This document shows, one piece after another, positions 10,205-20,393 of a stretch of DNA of 64,000 nucleotides. Source of the DNA: a bacterium (GTDB lineage Bacteria; UBA8248); NCBI GenBank assembly GCA_963692865.2, contig OY843592.1:1344001-1408000 (forward strand). Reading direction: 5' to 3'. The notes below the pieces were generated by a model that was not told the DNA's origin, searched no databases, and saw nothing but the letters and a program-made list of their open reading frames with translations. The translations under genes and the position numbers were made by a program. Within the stretch, counting starts at the first letter, position 1; each line of letters opens with the position of its first letter.

Positions 10205-11398
10205 CTATTCCGCCGGCAGGCCTGTGATGCGCGAGCTGATCTTGATGCGGTAGATGTGGTTGTTCCCGGCGCCGTGGAGAAAGGAGATCACGTCGCGCAG
10301 ATATTTCTCGACCGGGCAGTCGCGCATGTAGCCCAGCCCGCCGTGCACCTCAAGCGAGAGGCGGCAGACCTCATACGCGGCTTCGGAGCAGACCACCTTG
10401 GTGAGCCACGACATTTTGGGGTCGTATTCATCGGCGTAATCCACCGCCCACGAGGTGCGCCAGAGAACCGAGCGCGCCGTCTCCAGCCTCGTGTACATCT
10501 CGCCTATCATCTGGGCGACGGCCTGGTGCCCGCCGATGGGCTTTCCGCCCTGCACCCTCTCCTGGGAGTAGCGCACGGCTTCCTCGAAGGCGGCCCGGCC
10601 CGCGCCCAGCACGGTCGCCCCGTAGCCGCCCCTGCCCCGCGCGAGGCGGCTGGTGCGAAGCGCCTCGGCCTCGCCTTCCTTATCCCCCAGCCGGTTGACG
10701 GCGGGGACCTCGGCGTTCTCGAAGACGAGCGTGGCGTTGCTCAGGAGGCGGCGGCCCATCTTGTCGTGGATCCGGCCGACGGATAGCCCCGGCGTGTCAT
10801 CGGGAACGAGAAAGGGCGTCATGCCCCTGAGGCCGCCCTGCGCCTTGTCGGTGCGGGTGTAGACGATGTAGAGCCTGGCCGTTCCGCCGTTGCTGATGAA
10901 GCTCTTGACGCCGTTCAGGTGATAGACGTCGCCTTTGCGCTCCGCGCTCATCTGCACGCCCGCTCCGGGAGCGTCGTAGGGCAGCACGTGGTCCGTGCCC
11001 GAGCCGGGCTCGGTCATGCACGTCGCCAGATGGTAGTGGTGGTCCGATACGAACGCCGGGAGGAAACGCTCCTTCTGCTCGTCGTTCGTCCAGTGCTCCA
11101 GGATGGGCGTGAACTTCCAGGTCTGATCGAAAGTGGCGGCCACGCCGAGGTCGCCGGCGCCGAGTTCCTCGCCGACGATGGAGAGGGTGAGCATGTCGGC
11201 CCCGCCGCCGCGTTCTTCACTCAGCGCCAGGGTGCGGAGGCCTATCTTCGAGCCTTCCTCGACGACCCCGGTGGGGATGCAGTCGAGCGGATCCGGGTTC
11301 CGGTCGTATTCGGCGGCGACGGGGCGCACGTGGCGCTCGACGTAATCGCGCGCGAGTTTCTGGAGCTCCTTCTGTTCGTCGCTCAGGGAAAAATCCAT
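10205..11398 (-). CDS. Acyl-CoA dehydrogenase family protein
   Basis: MDFSLSDEQ, MTEPGSGTD, LNGVKSFISNG, RVQGGKPIG, VHGGLGY, VEKYLRD. Confidence 0.92.
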   Translation of the reverse strand: MDFSLSDEQKELQKLARDYVERHVRPVAAEYDRNPDPLDCIPTGVVEEGSKIGLRTLALSEERGGGADMLTLSIVGEELGAGDLGVAATFDQTWKFTPILEHWTNDEQKERFLPAFVSDHHYHLATCMTEPGSGTDHVLPYDAPGAGVQMSAERKGDVYHLNGVKSFISNGGTARLYIVYTRTDKAQGGLRGMTPFLVPDDTPGLSVGRIHDKMGRRLLSNATLVFENAEVPAVNRLGDKEGEAEALRTSRLARGRGGYGATVLGAGRAAFEEAVRYSQERVQGGKPIGGHQAVAQMIGEMYTRLETARSVLWRTSWAVDYADEYDPKMSWLTKVVCSEAAYEVCRLSLEVHGGLGYMRDCPVEKYLRDVISFLHGAGNNHIYRIKISSRITGLPAE

Positions 11399-11407
11399 CG
11401 GAGCTCC

Positions 11408-12181
11408 TCAATCGTTTCCGGCGATGAAGCCTTCGCGCACCTTGGGCATGGTGACCGCGAGGTCCAGAATCGGCAGCCCGTGGGAGGGCGCGACCACGGC
11501 GACGTCGAGTTCTTCGATCAGCGCTTCGAGGCGATCCGAATAGATGTTCATGTCGGCGAAGCGCGTCCAGAACAGCGCGCGCTCGGCGAACACCCCCAGC
11601 ACGTCCGCCAGATCGAGCGAGTCGGCCTCCTCGGCGACTTTTCCGCAGTGGCCGTCCCAGTGGTAGTGGCTGTAGGCGAAGCCGTCTCCCGGGAACAGGG
11701 CGCGCGCGCCGGTGTCGAACCCCCAGAGCGAGGTTCTCAGGTCGCGGATGACCGGTTCGACGGCGATGAAGCGCCTGTCGCCCAGGTCGATCTCGTCGCC
11801 GATCTCCATCTGCCGCATCCTGTGCGCGTGCTCGGGGTAGGAGAGGTGGTAGTCGCTCACGTCGCAGTGGACCGTCATCTCGGGGTATGCTTCGAGCAGC
11901 CTTCCCAGCCCGCCCGCGTGGGGCGTTTCCTGGTGCGAGAGGAACAGGTACCTCAACTCGGAGCCGCGCTCGGCGAGTATCCCGCTCACCTGGCGGGAGA
12001 CGACGGGGAAATCCCCCTGGTGGCCCGTTTCGATGAGCATCGCGCCCGCCGATCCGATGAGGAGAAAGGCCGCGTTGTAGCTGTGGTAGATCTTCCCCTT
12101 GTGGTGCTGCTCGTGGCAGATGCCGAGCCAGAAGATGCCGGGAGCGATTTCGCGCGGGAGGGGATTGTCGTGCGGGTTCAT
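11408..12181 (-). CDS. MBL-fold metalloprotein, flavodiiron/ODP-like
   Basis: YNAAFLL, IETG, SHQETPH (HxExxH), LFPGDGF, APSHG. Confidence 0.8.
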   Translation of the reverse strand: MNPHDNPLPREIAPGIFWLGICHEQHHKGKIYHSYNAAFLLIGSAGAMLIETGHQGDFPVVSRQVSGILAERGSELRYLFLSHQETPHAGGLGRLLEAYPEMTVHCDVSDYHLSYPEHAHRMRQMEIGDEIDLGDRRFIAVEPVIRDLRTSLWGFDTGARALFPGDGFAYSHYHWDGHCGKVAEEADSLDLADVLGVFAERALFWTRFADMNIYSDRLEALIEELDVAVVAPSHGLPILDLAVTMPKVREGFIAGND

Positions 12182-12183
12182 GA

Positions 12184-13074
12184 TTACCTTTCCAAGTCGC
12201 GGGGAACGTAGCGCGGCGCGACGACGGCGCGGTCCAGGCCGCGCAGCACCTCGTCGAGCACCGAGAACTGGCGTTCGACCTGTTCGCGCCCCAGGAGGAC
12301 GGCCCCGTAGCCGGGGGCGATGTTCTCGATGTCGTAGCGGCGATATACGTCGGCGACCCCCTCGCGGACGCGCCCGGTATCCACGCCCTCAAGCCACCAG
12401 TAGCGCGTGTTCAGCAGGAACGAGCGCACGAAGGCGGGAGTCGTCACCGCCTCTTCCTCCACCGCCCACGGGCCTTCGGGGTCGTTCCCCCAGACGTGGC
12501 TGAACATGTCCGAGGAGAAGAGGGTGCGGGTGGCCTCGTCGTATATCCACATGGTGGTGATGAGGCGGATGGGCGCGTTGATGCCGTGGACGACGCGGGC
12601 CTCGTTCCCGCCTACGTGGCAGGTAAGCTCGTCTCCGAGCACGGTCGTCGGGAATATCTGCTCCTCCTCGCTCTTGGGGCCGAATTCCTCCACGTCGAAA
12701 TCGAGCCAGAAATCCATGTCGGGCCGCCGGGCGAAGCACTCCACCACGTTGAACTCCCCGGCGAGCGCGGCCGCGTTCCCCACGGACATGAACTCGTTGA
12801 GCCTGAGCGGGTAGATCGAAAGCGGCGTGTCGGGCGTGATTAGCGAGCCGATCTGTTCGAACAGGGTGCGCCTGTGCCCGTTGTAGCCCGTGTCGAGGAG
12901 AATTGCGCCGTCCTCTTCGCAAAGAAGGTAGCAGTTCGAGGGAGCGAAGCCCCTGGCGCTTCTGGGATAGGCGCTGATCCGCCCGTCGAGCTCGAATACG
13001 TTGTGCAGGGCGTAGGCCTTGCCGCCGCCCAAGTCGGTGACGCCGCTGTAGGACAACACGCTGCTGTCGGCCAT
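12184..13074 (-). CDS. MBL-fold protein with degenerate metal motif
   Basis: SNCYLL, LLDTG, LFSSDMF, IAPGYG; His ligands missing; start at MADSSV after GGAGG. Confidence 0.75.
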   Translation of the reverse strand: MADSSVLSYSGVTDLGGGKAYALHNVFELDGRISAYPRSARGFAPSNCYLLCEEDGAILLDTGYNGHRRTLFEQIGSLITPDTPLSIYPLRLNEFMSVGNAAALAGEFNVVECFARRPDMDFWLDFDVEEFGPKSEEEQIFPTTVLGDELTCHVGGNEARVVHGINAPIRLITTMWIYDEATRTLFSSDMFSHVWGNDPEGPWAVEEEAVTTPAFVRSFLLNTRYWWLEGVDTGRVREGVADVYRRYDIENIAPGYGAVLLGREQVERQFSVLDEVLRGLDRAVVAPRYVPRDLER

Positions 13075-13267
13075 GAATGGATTCCTCCGGTTATCCTGAG
13101 ACGAAGCGCCGCAATCTCTTTCGCTCCGAATCTGGTCGACCGCCGTTTCTCCGGCGAGTATCCCCCTGCGCGTCGGAGTTTTGAAGATGCCGCCATTAGA
13201 CAGGATTCGAAGGGCTTTTGCACCCCGCGCGGGGGAAATGCTTTCGAGGAATGTAATCCTCCAGATG

Positions 13268-13500
13268 GGGTGGTTGAAAAACCCCTCCTCACTCGGATTG
13301 ACCACCGCCTTCATTGTCGTTTCGATTGTAGGGGTCGCATAGTATGCGACCCGTATTGTGAAGGCGGAAAGGCCGGGCCGCATGATATGTCAGACATATA
13401 TGTCTGACCTACAAAAACCGTTCCTCCTCGGTCGCGTAAAACACTCGTTCATCAGGACTTTTTCAACAACCCCGTTAAGGGGGGGTAGGGGGGGTGGTTT
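13268..13500. repeat. MITE-like element, inverted partner of 14910-15106
   Basis: CCTACAAAAACCGTTCCTCCTCGGTCGCGTAAAACACTCGTTCATCAGG..TTTTTCAACAACCCC is the reverse complement of 14938-15003. Confidence 0.75.
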
Positions 13501-13659
13501 TATGGGCAGGGGAATGACGAGCGGGGCGGGTTTTTCAAAAACCCCCTCCGGTTGCCGGTGAAAAATCGTCTCCGTTTGTTTTTTGGGATGAATTCATAAT
13601 AGTCTTGAGCGGCGTATCCAGACCATAAACATTGAAATTCACATAGGGGCGGAGAAAAT

Positions 13660-14838
13660 ATGAGCGTTGCCGACATTCCGGTGGAAGGGGGTTGCCACAG
13701 CGATTTCTCTTTGGTGGAAGAGACGTTTCGGGAGAATTTCGCGAGCCGGGGCGAGATCGGCGCAGCCGTCTGCGTCTACAGGGACGGCGAGAAAGTCGTG
13801 GATCTCTGGGGAGGCCACCGGGACGAAGCCCGCACGCAGCGATGGAGCGAAGACACCATCACGCTCATGAGCTCCATCGCCAAGAGCGTCACCGCGCTCG
13901 CCGTCCACATGCTCGTGGATCGGGGCCAGGTTTCGCTGGAGGAGCCTGTGGCGCGGTACTGGCCGGAATTCGCCCGGAGCGGCAAGGAAAACATCCTCAT
14001 CCGGCACACCATCTCTCATCAATGCGGCGTCATCTTCTGCGACGCGGCGAAGCCCGGCGACTTTTTCGATTACCCGGCCCAGGTGGCCGCCATCGCCGCG
14101 CAGGAACCCGCCTGGCCCGCGGGTTCGAAGGGCGCATACAATTCCATCAACTTCGGGTTCATCCACGGGGAGATCGTCCGCCGGGTGAGCGGCAAGCGAA
14201 TCCGCGACTTCATCCGGGAGGAGATTACGGGTCCGCTCGGGGCCGATTACAACGTCGGACTCAACGAGGAAGAACTCGCGCGCGTCGCGCCCGTGCACCG
14301 CAATCCCGAGAACAAGTTCTGGGAGTTGGGCGAGAAGCCCGGCACGCTGCTCAACAGGGCGTGGGGGAGCCGGCCGGTGGGCGTCGATCTGGTGAATTGC
14401 CGCGAGAACCGCGTGGGCGAGAACCCTTCCTCGGGCGGCCACGGGAACGCGCGCGGCATCGCCCGCGTGTACGCGATGCTGGCGGGCGGCGGCGAAATCG
14501 ACGGCGTCCGCCTCCTTCGGCCCGAAACGGTGGAGCGGCTCTCCGAGGTCCAGTGGGAGGGTGTCTGCGCGATGACGGGCTCGCCCCGGCGGATGGGCCT
14601 CGGCTTCATGCACAACTGCCCGCCCAATTCGCCGATGGGAAGCAACATGAAGGCCTTCGGCCACGGCGGCTCCGGCGGGGCGTTCACGTTCTGCGACAGG
14701 AAGCGGAATATGGCGTTCGGCTACTGCACCAACTTCCAGCCCGAGGGAAATCCCCCCGGAATCCGCGCCCGCTCCCTGGTCGCGGCCGCATGTGGAACGG
14801 CGCCGGACTGGAAGCCGGAGGCGGCGGAAGCTATATAG
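13660..14838 (+). CDS. Serine hydrolase, beta-lactamase/family VIII esterase type
   Basis: SxxK (SIAK), VVDLWGG, YWPEF, YNS, FGHGGSGG. Confidence 0.92.
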   Translation: MSVADIPVEGGCHSDFSLVEETFRENFASRGEIGAAVCVYRDGEKVVDLWGGHRDEARTQRWSEDTITLMSSIAKSVTALAVHMLVDRGQVSLEEPVARYWPEFARSGKENILIRHTISHQCGVIFCDAAKPGDFFDYPAQVAAIAAQEPAWPAGSKGAYNSINFGFIHGEIVRRVSGKRIRDFIREEITGPLGADYNVGLNEEELARVAPVHRNPENKFWELGEKPGTLLNRAWGSRPVGVDLVNCRENRVGENPSSGGHGNARGIARVYAMLAGGGEIDGVRLLRPETVERLSEVQWEGVCAMTGSPRRMGLGFMHNCPPNSPMGSNMKAFGHGGSGGAFTFCDRKRNMAFGYCTNFQPEGNPPGIRARSLVAAACGTAPDWKPEAAEAI

Positions 14839-14881
14839 TTGAGTGATTCTTCACTCGTGGGTGTGAAACACTCCCCCTGGA

Positions 14882-15301
14882 GGGCTGTTGAAAAAGCCTC
14901 CTGACAGGGTAAAGGCACCCCCCCTACCCCCCTTGACGGGGTTGTTGAAAAAGACCTGATGAACGAGTGTTTTACGCGACCGGGGAGGAACGGTTTTTGT
15001 AGGGGCCGCATATCATGCGGCCCTGATTTTCGCCTCCACAAGGCGGGCCGCATGATATGCGGCCCCTACAAACAAATTGTCTCTCTCCGGCTTTTTCAAC
15101 AGCCCCTTGACAGGGGGGTATAAAAAGGCGACGCCGCTCCGAAGAGTACAGGGGCTTTGCTCTTGCCCGTTTGCCGGGGGGATTTTTTTCGTCTCCCGGG
15201 TAGAGGGGGTTTTGCTTTTTCTTACCCTCCTGTCAAGGGGGGGGCAGCCGTAAGGAGGCGTCCCCTTTACCCCATAAAAAGCAGGCTTTTTCAACAACCC
15301 C
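14882..15301. mobile_element. Nested MITE-like elements; inner element 14938-15106 with 5-bp TTGAC target duplication
   Basis: Outer TIRs GGGCTGTTGAAAAAGCCT / AGGCTTTTTCAACAACCC; inner TIRs GGGGTTGTTGAAAAAG / CTTTTTCAACAGCCCC flanked by TTGAC at 14933-14937 and 15107-15111. Confidence 0.75.
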
Positions 15302-15498
15302 TTCTTAATCGGGATTGATGAACAGCACATCGCCATGCGTCTGCTACGGCGGCGATGCGCCCCGGCGCCTGCGAATCAGCCCCCAAAAACGCGCGGTTGT
15401 GATTTTATCCAGAAATGGTATAATGAATCATACCTATCACCCACAGAAGTGGGGGTCCTACCTACCCCATCATACCCACCCCTCAGAGGAGGAAGACC

Positions 15499-16488
15499 AT
15501 GTCGCTCTTCAAACGCATCCTGGTTATCGCAGCCGTACTGGTTTTATGGAGCGCTCCGGCACTGGCCATGAAGTTCCCCTCGAAGCCGATGGAGCTGATT
15601 TGCACCACCTCGCCGGGTTCGAGCGTGGCGGTCTGGTGCCAGCTCCTCGCTCAGGAGTTTCCCAAGGTGCTCGGCGTGCCCATGCGGGTGACCTTCAAGA
15701 GCGGCGGCTCGCAGCACGAGCCGGTTCTCTACGTCTCGGGCAAGCCCGCCGACGGCCACATCATCATGCACATCAGCGCCAGCTTCTACGGGTATTTCCA
15801 CCTGCCGCACTACAGGAGGACGTACAACGACTTCCAGACGCTGGCCCAGGTCGAGAAGCACGTCTACGGCGTCGCGGTGAAGTGCAACAACAAATACGGC
15901 ATCAAGACGTTCGAGGATCTCGTCGCCTACGCCAAGAAGAACCCCGGCAAACTGTCGATGGGCTCCAACAAGAGGGGTTCGACTCATCACCGCCATCAGC
16001 TCGCCTTCCTGAAGGCCGCGGGCATCGGGGACAAAGTCCGCACGATCTTCTACCGGGGCGACGGCAACGTGGTGAAGGACGTACTCGGCGGCCATCTCCC
16101 CAGCGGGCAGGCCTCGCCGCGCACGTGGCGGCCGCATATCGAGGCGGGAACCATCTGCCCGCTCGTATCGCAGACCCACAAGCGCCTCTCGCACGACCCG
16201 ATCTGGAAGAACGTCCGGAGCGCGGTGGAAGTCGGCCTCAAATACGACCTCCCGCTCCACTGGCAGGGCCTCATGGTCAAGAGAGGCACGCCTCCGGCAG
16301 TCATGAAAATATTGGAGGACGCCGTGTACAAGGTGACCAGCTCGCCGGACTACAAGGACTATCTCGCCAAGGGGACGCACATCGTCCTGGACGTCAAGAC
16401 GGGTTCGGAGTGGCTCAACAAGGACATGGCGAAGAACCAGGCGGTCGTGAAACAATTCATGATCGACCACAAGATCATCAAGAAATAG
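15499..16488 (+). CDS. Tripartite tricarboxylate transporter substrate-binding protein (TctC/Bug)
   Basis: Signal peptide, FPSKPMELI, KPADG, YAKKNPGKL, DVLGGH, KRGTPPAV; GAGGAGG RBS. Confidence 0.9.
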   Translation: MSLFKRILVIAAVLVLWSAPALAMKFPSKPMELICTTSPGSSVAVWCQLLAQEFPKVLGVPMRVTFKSGGSQHEPVLYVSGKPADGHIIMHISASFYGYFHLPHYRRTYNDFQTLAQVEKHVYGVAVKCNNKYGIKTFEDLVAYAKKNPGKLSMGSNKRGSTHHRHQLAFLKAAGIGDKVRTIFYRGDGNVVKDVLGGHLPSGQASPRTWRPHIEAGTICPLVSQTHKRLSHDPIWKNVRSAVEVGLKYDLPLHWQGLMVKRGTPPAVMKILEDAVYKVTSSPDYKDYLAKGTHIVLDVKTGSEWLNKDMAKNQAVVKQFMIDHKIIKK

Positions 16489-16537
16489 ACGGAATCGAGC
16501 GGACGGCGGTAATTACTGCCGTCGGTAAGGCGCGAAC

Positions 16538-17086
16538 ATGACGGAAGAAAAAGAAAACAGCACGTCCCCTTCCTTCGAGTTGAAGGTTCCGATGAGGGCG
16601 GCGGTGCTCACCACCACCGCCCTCATCCTGGGGGGACTCGCGTTTCTCTACTATGAAACCTTTGCGATGCAGCCTCCCTATGAGCCGGGGTATCCGGGCG
16701 ACGCCTTTTTCCCCCGGCTGACTCTGGGTTTCTCGATTACCTGGGCGGTGATCATCCTGGGGCGCGGCTTTTTCCTGCCCCCGGAGGCGCAGGCCGCAGG
16801 CGGCGAAGAACCCTACCTCCAGGCGCATTGGGCGGAGTTCGTCTCCGTCGTCGCCTTCGTATACCTCTACGCGGTTCTGCTCGAGCCGATAGGGTTCGAG
16901 ATCATGACCATCTTGCTCATGATGTGCCTGCTGGTCCCGCGCATGCGGGTGGAATCGGCGCCGCGCGGCGCGCTTTTGCTGGGCTTTGCGCTCTCTCTGG
17001 TGACGATGCTCATCCTGTATCTGGGAATGGTGCCGATGCTGAACATCCCGTTGCCGCTCAAATTCTTGCCGATCTATATCCTCTAG
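16538..17086 (+). CDS. TctB-family small permease
   Basis: Four TM segments, PGDAFFP, LEPIGF, between TctC and TctA. Confidence 0.85.
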   Translation: MTEEKENSTSPSFELKVPMRAAVLTTTALILGGLAFLYYETFAMQPPYEPGYPGDAFFPRLTLGFSITWAVIILGRGFFLPPEAQAAGGEEPYLQAHWAEFVSVVAFVYLYAVLLEPIGFEIMTILLMMCLLVPRMRVESAPRGALLLGFALSLVTMLILYLGMVPMLNIPLPLKFLPIYIL

Positions 17087-17115
17087 GGCCGTAATCGATG
17101 GAAGGGCAGTGATAG

Positions 17116-18645
17116 ATGGAAGGAACTCTCGGGCACATATTCGCAGCGACCGGCCAACTCGCCTCGCCCGCCATTCTCGCGATCATGCTGGGGGGAGTCG
17201 CCATCGGCGTCCTCATGGGCGCCATGCCGGGTTTCGGCAGTTCACAGGCCCTGGCTCTTCTTTTCCCGCTGACATTCAAAATGCCCGTGGAACACGCGAC
17301 CATGTTCTTCCTCGCTGTCTATTCCGGCGTCGAATACGGGAGCTCCATTCCGGCCATCCTGATCCGCACGCCGGGCACGGGGGCGTCCGCCGTAACCGTG
17401 CTCGACGGCTACACCATGACCCGCAACGGCCTCGCGCGAAAGGCGCTGCGCATCTCCCTCTATTCAGGGGTGATCGGCGGCGTCACGAGCACGCTGATCT
17501 TCATCATCGCAGGCACCTCGCTCGGCAACGTCGCCCTGATGTTCGGGCCGGGCGAGTTGTTCGCCGTCGGCGTGTTCGGTTTGTCGATCGTGGCGAGCTT
17601 TTTCGGAAAGGACGCCGCGCGCGGTTTCCTCGCCACGGGCATCGGATTGTTGCTGGGCACGGTCGGGAGTTCGGGTTTCGGTGGACTGCGGTTCACCTTC
17701 GACCAGGGATATCTGATGGACGGAATACCGCTCGTCGTCGTGATCATCGCCTTCCTGGCGGGGCCCGAGGCGTTCAACCTCCTGGTGGAGCACCGGCGCA
17801 CGATTGAAAGCAAAGAGACCGCCGCCCAGGGCGCCGCCGATGAGCGCAACCGGATTCGGCCGTGGGAAGTCAAAAGGCTCATCCCCACCTGGATTCGCGC
17901 GAGCCTGATCGGGACGGGGGTCGGCGCGGTTCCGGGAGCGGGCGGCTCCATCGCCGGCATGCTGGCCTACAGCGAGGAGCGGCGGTGGTCGAAGCGTTCG
18001 GATAAATTCGGCACCGGCATCATCGAGGGCGTCGCCGCGCCCGAGTGTTCGAACAACGCCCTCGTGGCGGGCACGCTCGTGCCCTCGCTCTCGCTCGGCA
18101 TCCCGGGTTCGGGCGGCGCGGCCATTCTCCTGGGCGTGCTGATCAGCAAAGGCCTGGTTCCCGGCCCGCTGCTCTTCCGGGACAACGGGACGTTCGTGAT
18201 GACGGTGTTCATCGGCTTGTTCGTGATCAACCTCATGCTCCTTTGCACGGGCCTCGTCGGCACCCGCGCCTTCAGCCTCGTCGCCAAGGTGCCCCGCCGC
18301 ATCCTGGGGCCGTTCGTCCTGATCCTCATCGTGGTCGGCAGCTACGTGTATGCGAACTACACGGCCCACGTCGTCATGGTGCTCATCCTGGGCGCGCTCG
18401 CCTACTTCTTCGAGAAGGTCAACATTCCCGTCGTGCCCATCGTGCTCGCGTTCATCATGGGGCCGATCATCGAGATCAACCTGAGCCGCGCGCTCACGAT
18501 CTCGGGCGGGGACATGTGGGCGCTCCTCTCCAGCCCCATCACGGCGACGATACTCGTGCTCTCCCTCATCACCGCGGTCTACAGCATGGCCGCGATGTTC
18601 CGCGCGGCGAGGCTCGGGATCACCGGAGGCGCCGACGCGGAATAG
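17116..18645 (+). CDS. TctA-family large permease
   Basis: GAMPG, YGSSIPAILIRTPG, DGY, GVAAPECSNNA, LGIPGS, PGPLLF. Confidence 0.93.
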   Translation: MEGTLGHIFAATGQLASPAILAIMLGGVAIGVLMGAMPGFGSSQALALLFPLTFKMPVEHATMFFLAVYSGVEYGSSIPAILIRTPGTGASAVTVLDGYTMTRNGLARKALRISLYSGVIGGVTSTLIFIIAGTSLGNVALMFGPGELFAVGVFGLSIVASFFGKDAARGFLATGIGLLLGTVGSSGFGGLRFTFDQGYLMDGIPLVVVIIAFLAGPEAFNLLVEHRRTIESKETAAQGAADERNRIRPWEVKRLIPTWIRASLIGTGVGAVPGAGGSIAGMLAYSEERRWSKRSDKFGTGIIEGVAAPECSNNALVAGTLVPSLSLGIPGSGGAAILLGVLISKGLVPGPLLFRDNGTFVMTVFIGLFVINLMLLCTGLVGTRAFSLVAKVPRRILGPFVLILIVVGSYVYANYTAHVVMVLILGALAYFFEKVNIPVVPIVLAFIMGPIIEINLSRALTISGGDMWALLSSPITATILVLSLITAVYSMAAMFRAARLGITGGADAE

Positions 18646-18710
18646 GCGGGAACGCGTTGTGTTTACTTGTGCGTTTTAGATGACGCCGTCCTCCTTCGGG
18701 AGTGTTCACC

Positions 18711-19108
18711 GTCATTCCGGCGAAAGCCGGAATCCATTTTGCGCCTTTTGCCTTTCGTCATGGTTCCCGCGCATCGGCGTGGAATCAAACGCCGCAGTTC
18801 TTTCCCCCGCACCCGCAAATGGATTCCGTCGAACCCTCATTCATCAATCGGGTTCGACCTCCCGCATTGGTCGGCTCCGACACCGGGATGACGGCGGTGG
18901 TGAATTGCGAGCGAGGAGGGGGATTGGAAGGGGTGTAGGTCGGACATATATGCGACCCGGCCTTTTTTCGCCGCCCGGTCATGGGCCGCATGTATGCGGC
19001 CCCTACAAAACCATCGCCTTTGGAAACCACTCCCCTCTTCTGTGGAAGTTTTGCAACAGCTCCCTCAAGGGGGAGCGACCTCGGACAGGCGCAAGCGCCT
19101 GTCCCTAC
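18711..19108. repeat. Cluster of REP-like palindromes
   Basis: GTCATTCCGGCGAAAGCCGGAATCC (18711-18735), GTAGGTCGGACATATATG, GGGCCGCATGTATGCGGCCCCTAC, GGACAGGCGCAAGCGCCTGTCCCTAC. Confidence 0.75.
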
Positions 19109-19160
19109 GTGTAGAACCTTCACCGGGGCGCGGGAAAACCGAAGGGGTTTCTCTCTCGCT

Positions 19161-20393
19161 CTAGATAACCCCGTCTTCCTTGAGCGTGTCGATCTCTTCT
19201 TTCGAGAGGCCGAGCAGGTCGCCGAGAATCTCTTCGTTGTGCCTGCCGCTCAAGGGGGCCGGGGTTTCATAACCACCGGGGGTTTTGCTGAACTTGAGCG
19301 GAAAGGCGGCCGTCTTGACTTCGCCGAGATTCCCGAGCGCGGGGTGGGGGAGATCTTCGATCATGTTCCGCGCCTTCAAATGCGGCCAGGCGAGGATGTC
19401 CCTGATGGTGTGGACGGGCCCGCAGATGACGTCATAGCGGCGCAACTCAAAAAGCGCTTCCTCCACGGTGTGTTTTTCCGTCCATTCGGTGATGACGGCG
19501 TCCACCTCGTCGTTGTTCGTGATGCGGCCGCTGAGATCCGCATAGCGCGGGTCGCCCACCAGTTCCTCGCGCCCCACGGCGCGCAGGATGTTGTTCCAGT
19601 GCTCATCGGTGCCCGATCCGACCACCAGCCAGCCGTCTTTGGCCTGATACGCGTTGAAAGGGGAGAGGCGCATGATGCGGTTCCCCAGCCTGTCCGGCAG
19701 GCCCAGCGCCTCGTAGCAGTCCATCGGCTCATCGAAGACCAGGGACAGGAGGCAGTCCACCATCGAGATGTCCAGCCACTGGCCCTCGCCGGTGCGCTCG
19801 CGATGCAGGAGCGCGGTGGTGATGGCGCCGAAGGCGAACGTGCCCCCGATGCTGTCCGCGATGGCGGAGCCCGCCTTGGTGGGGGGACCGTCGGGGAAGC
19901 CGGTGAGGTTCATGAGGCCCGAGACCGCCTGGGTGACGGCGTCGTAGCCCTTGAGCCGCGCGTCGGGGCCGCTCTGGCCGTAAGCAGTGATGGAGCAGTA
20001 GACGAGCCGGGGGTTACGCTTCGCCAGCGCCTCGAAGTCGATTTTGAGCCGCTCGGTCACGCCCACCGAGAAATTCTCGACGAGCACGTCGGCCTCGTCC
20101 ACCAGGCGGTAGAACAAGTCCAGCCCGCGCGGCTCCTTGAGATTGAGCGTCAGGGATTTCTTGTTGCGGGTTCGCTTCAGGTAGGCGATGCCCAGGTCGT
20201 CCTCGCTCCGGCGGTGGAAGGACACGCCCTCGGGGCCGGCGTAGGGAGGCCCCATGGCCACCACGTCGCCCGTGGCCGGATGGTTCACCTTGATGACTTC
20301 CGCCCCCAGGCCCGCGAGCAGGAGCGTCGTCCAGGGACCCGAGTAGAACTGGGTCAGGTCCAGCACCCGGAATCCTTCCAGCGGTTTCGGCAT
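19161..20393 (-). CDS. Family III CoA-transferase (CaiB/BaiF)
   Basis: PLEGFRVLDLT, LGAEVIKV, RNKKSLTLNLK, ADVLVENF, GYDAVTQAVSG, GEGQWLDISM. Confidence 0.93.
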   Translation of the reverse strand: MPKPLEGFRVLDLTQFYSGPWTTLLLAGLGAEVIKVNHPATGDVVAMGPPYAGPEGVSFHRRSEDDLGIAYLKRTRNKKSLTLNLKEPRGLDLFYRLVDEADVLVENFSVGVTERLKIDFEALAKRNPRLVYCSITAYGQSGPDARLKGYDAVTQAVSGLMNLTGFPDGPPTKAGSAIADSIGGTFAFGAITTALLHRERTGEGQWLDISMVDCLLSLVFDEPMDCYEALGLPDRLGNRIMRLSPFNAYQAKDGWLVVGSGTDEHWNNILRAVGREELVGDPRYADLSGRITNNDEVDAVITEWTEKHTVEEALFELRRYDVICGPVHTIRDILAWPHLKARNMIEDLPHPALGNLGEVKTAAFPLKFSKTPGGYETPAPLSGRHNEEILGDLLGLSKEEIDTLKEDGVI

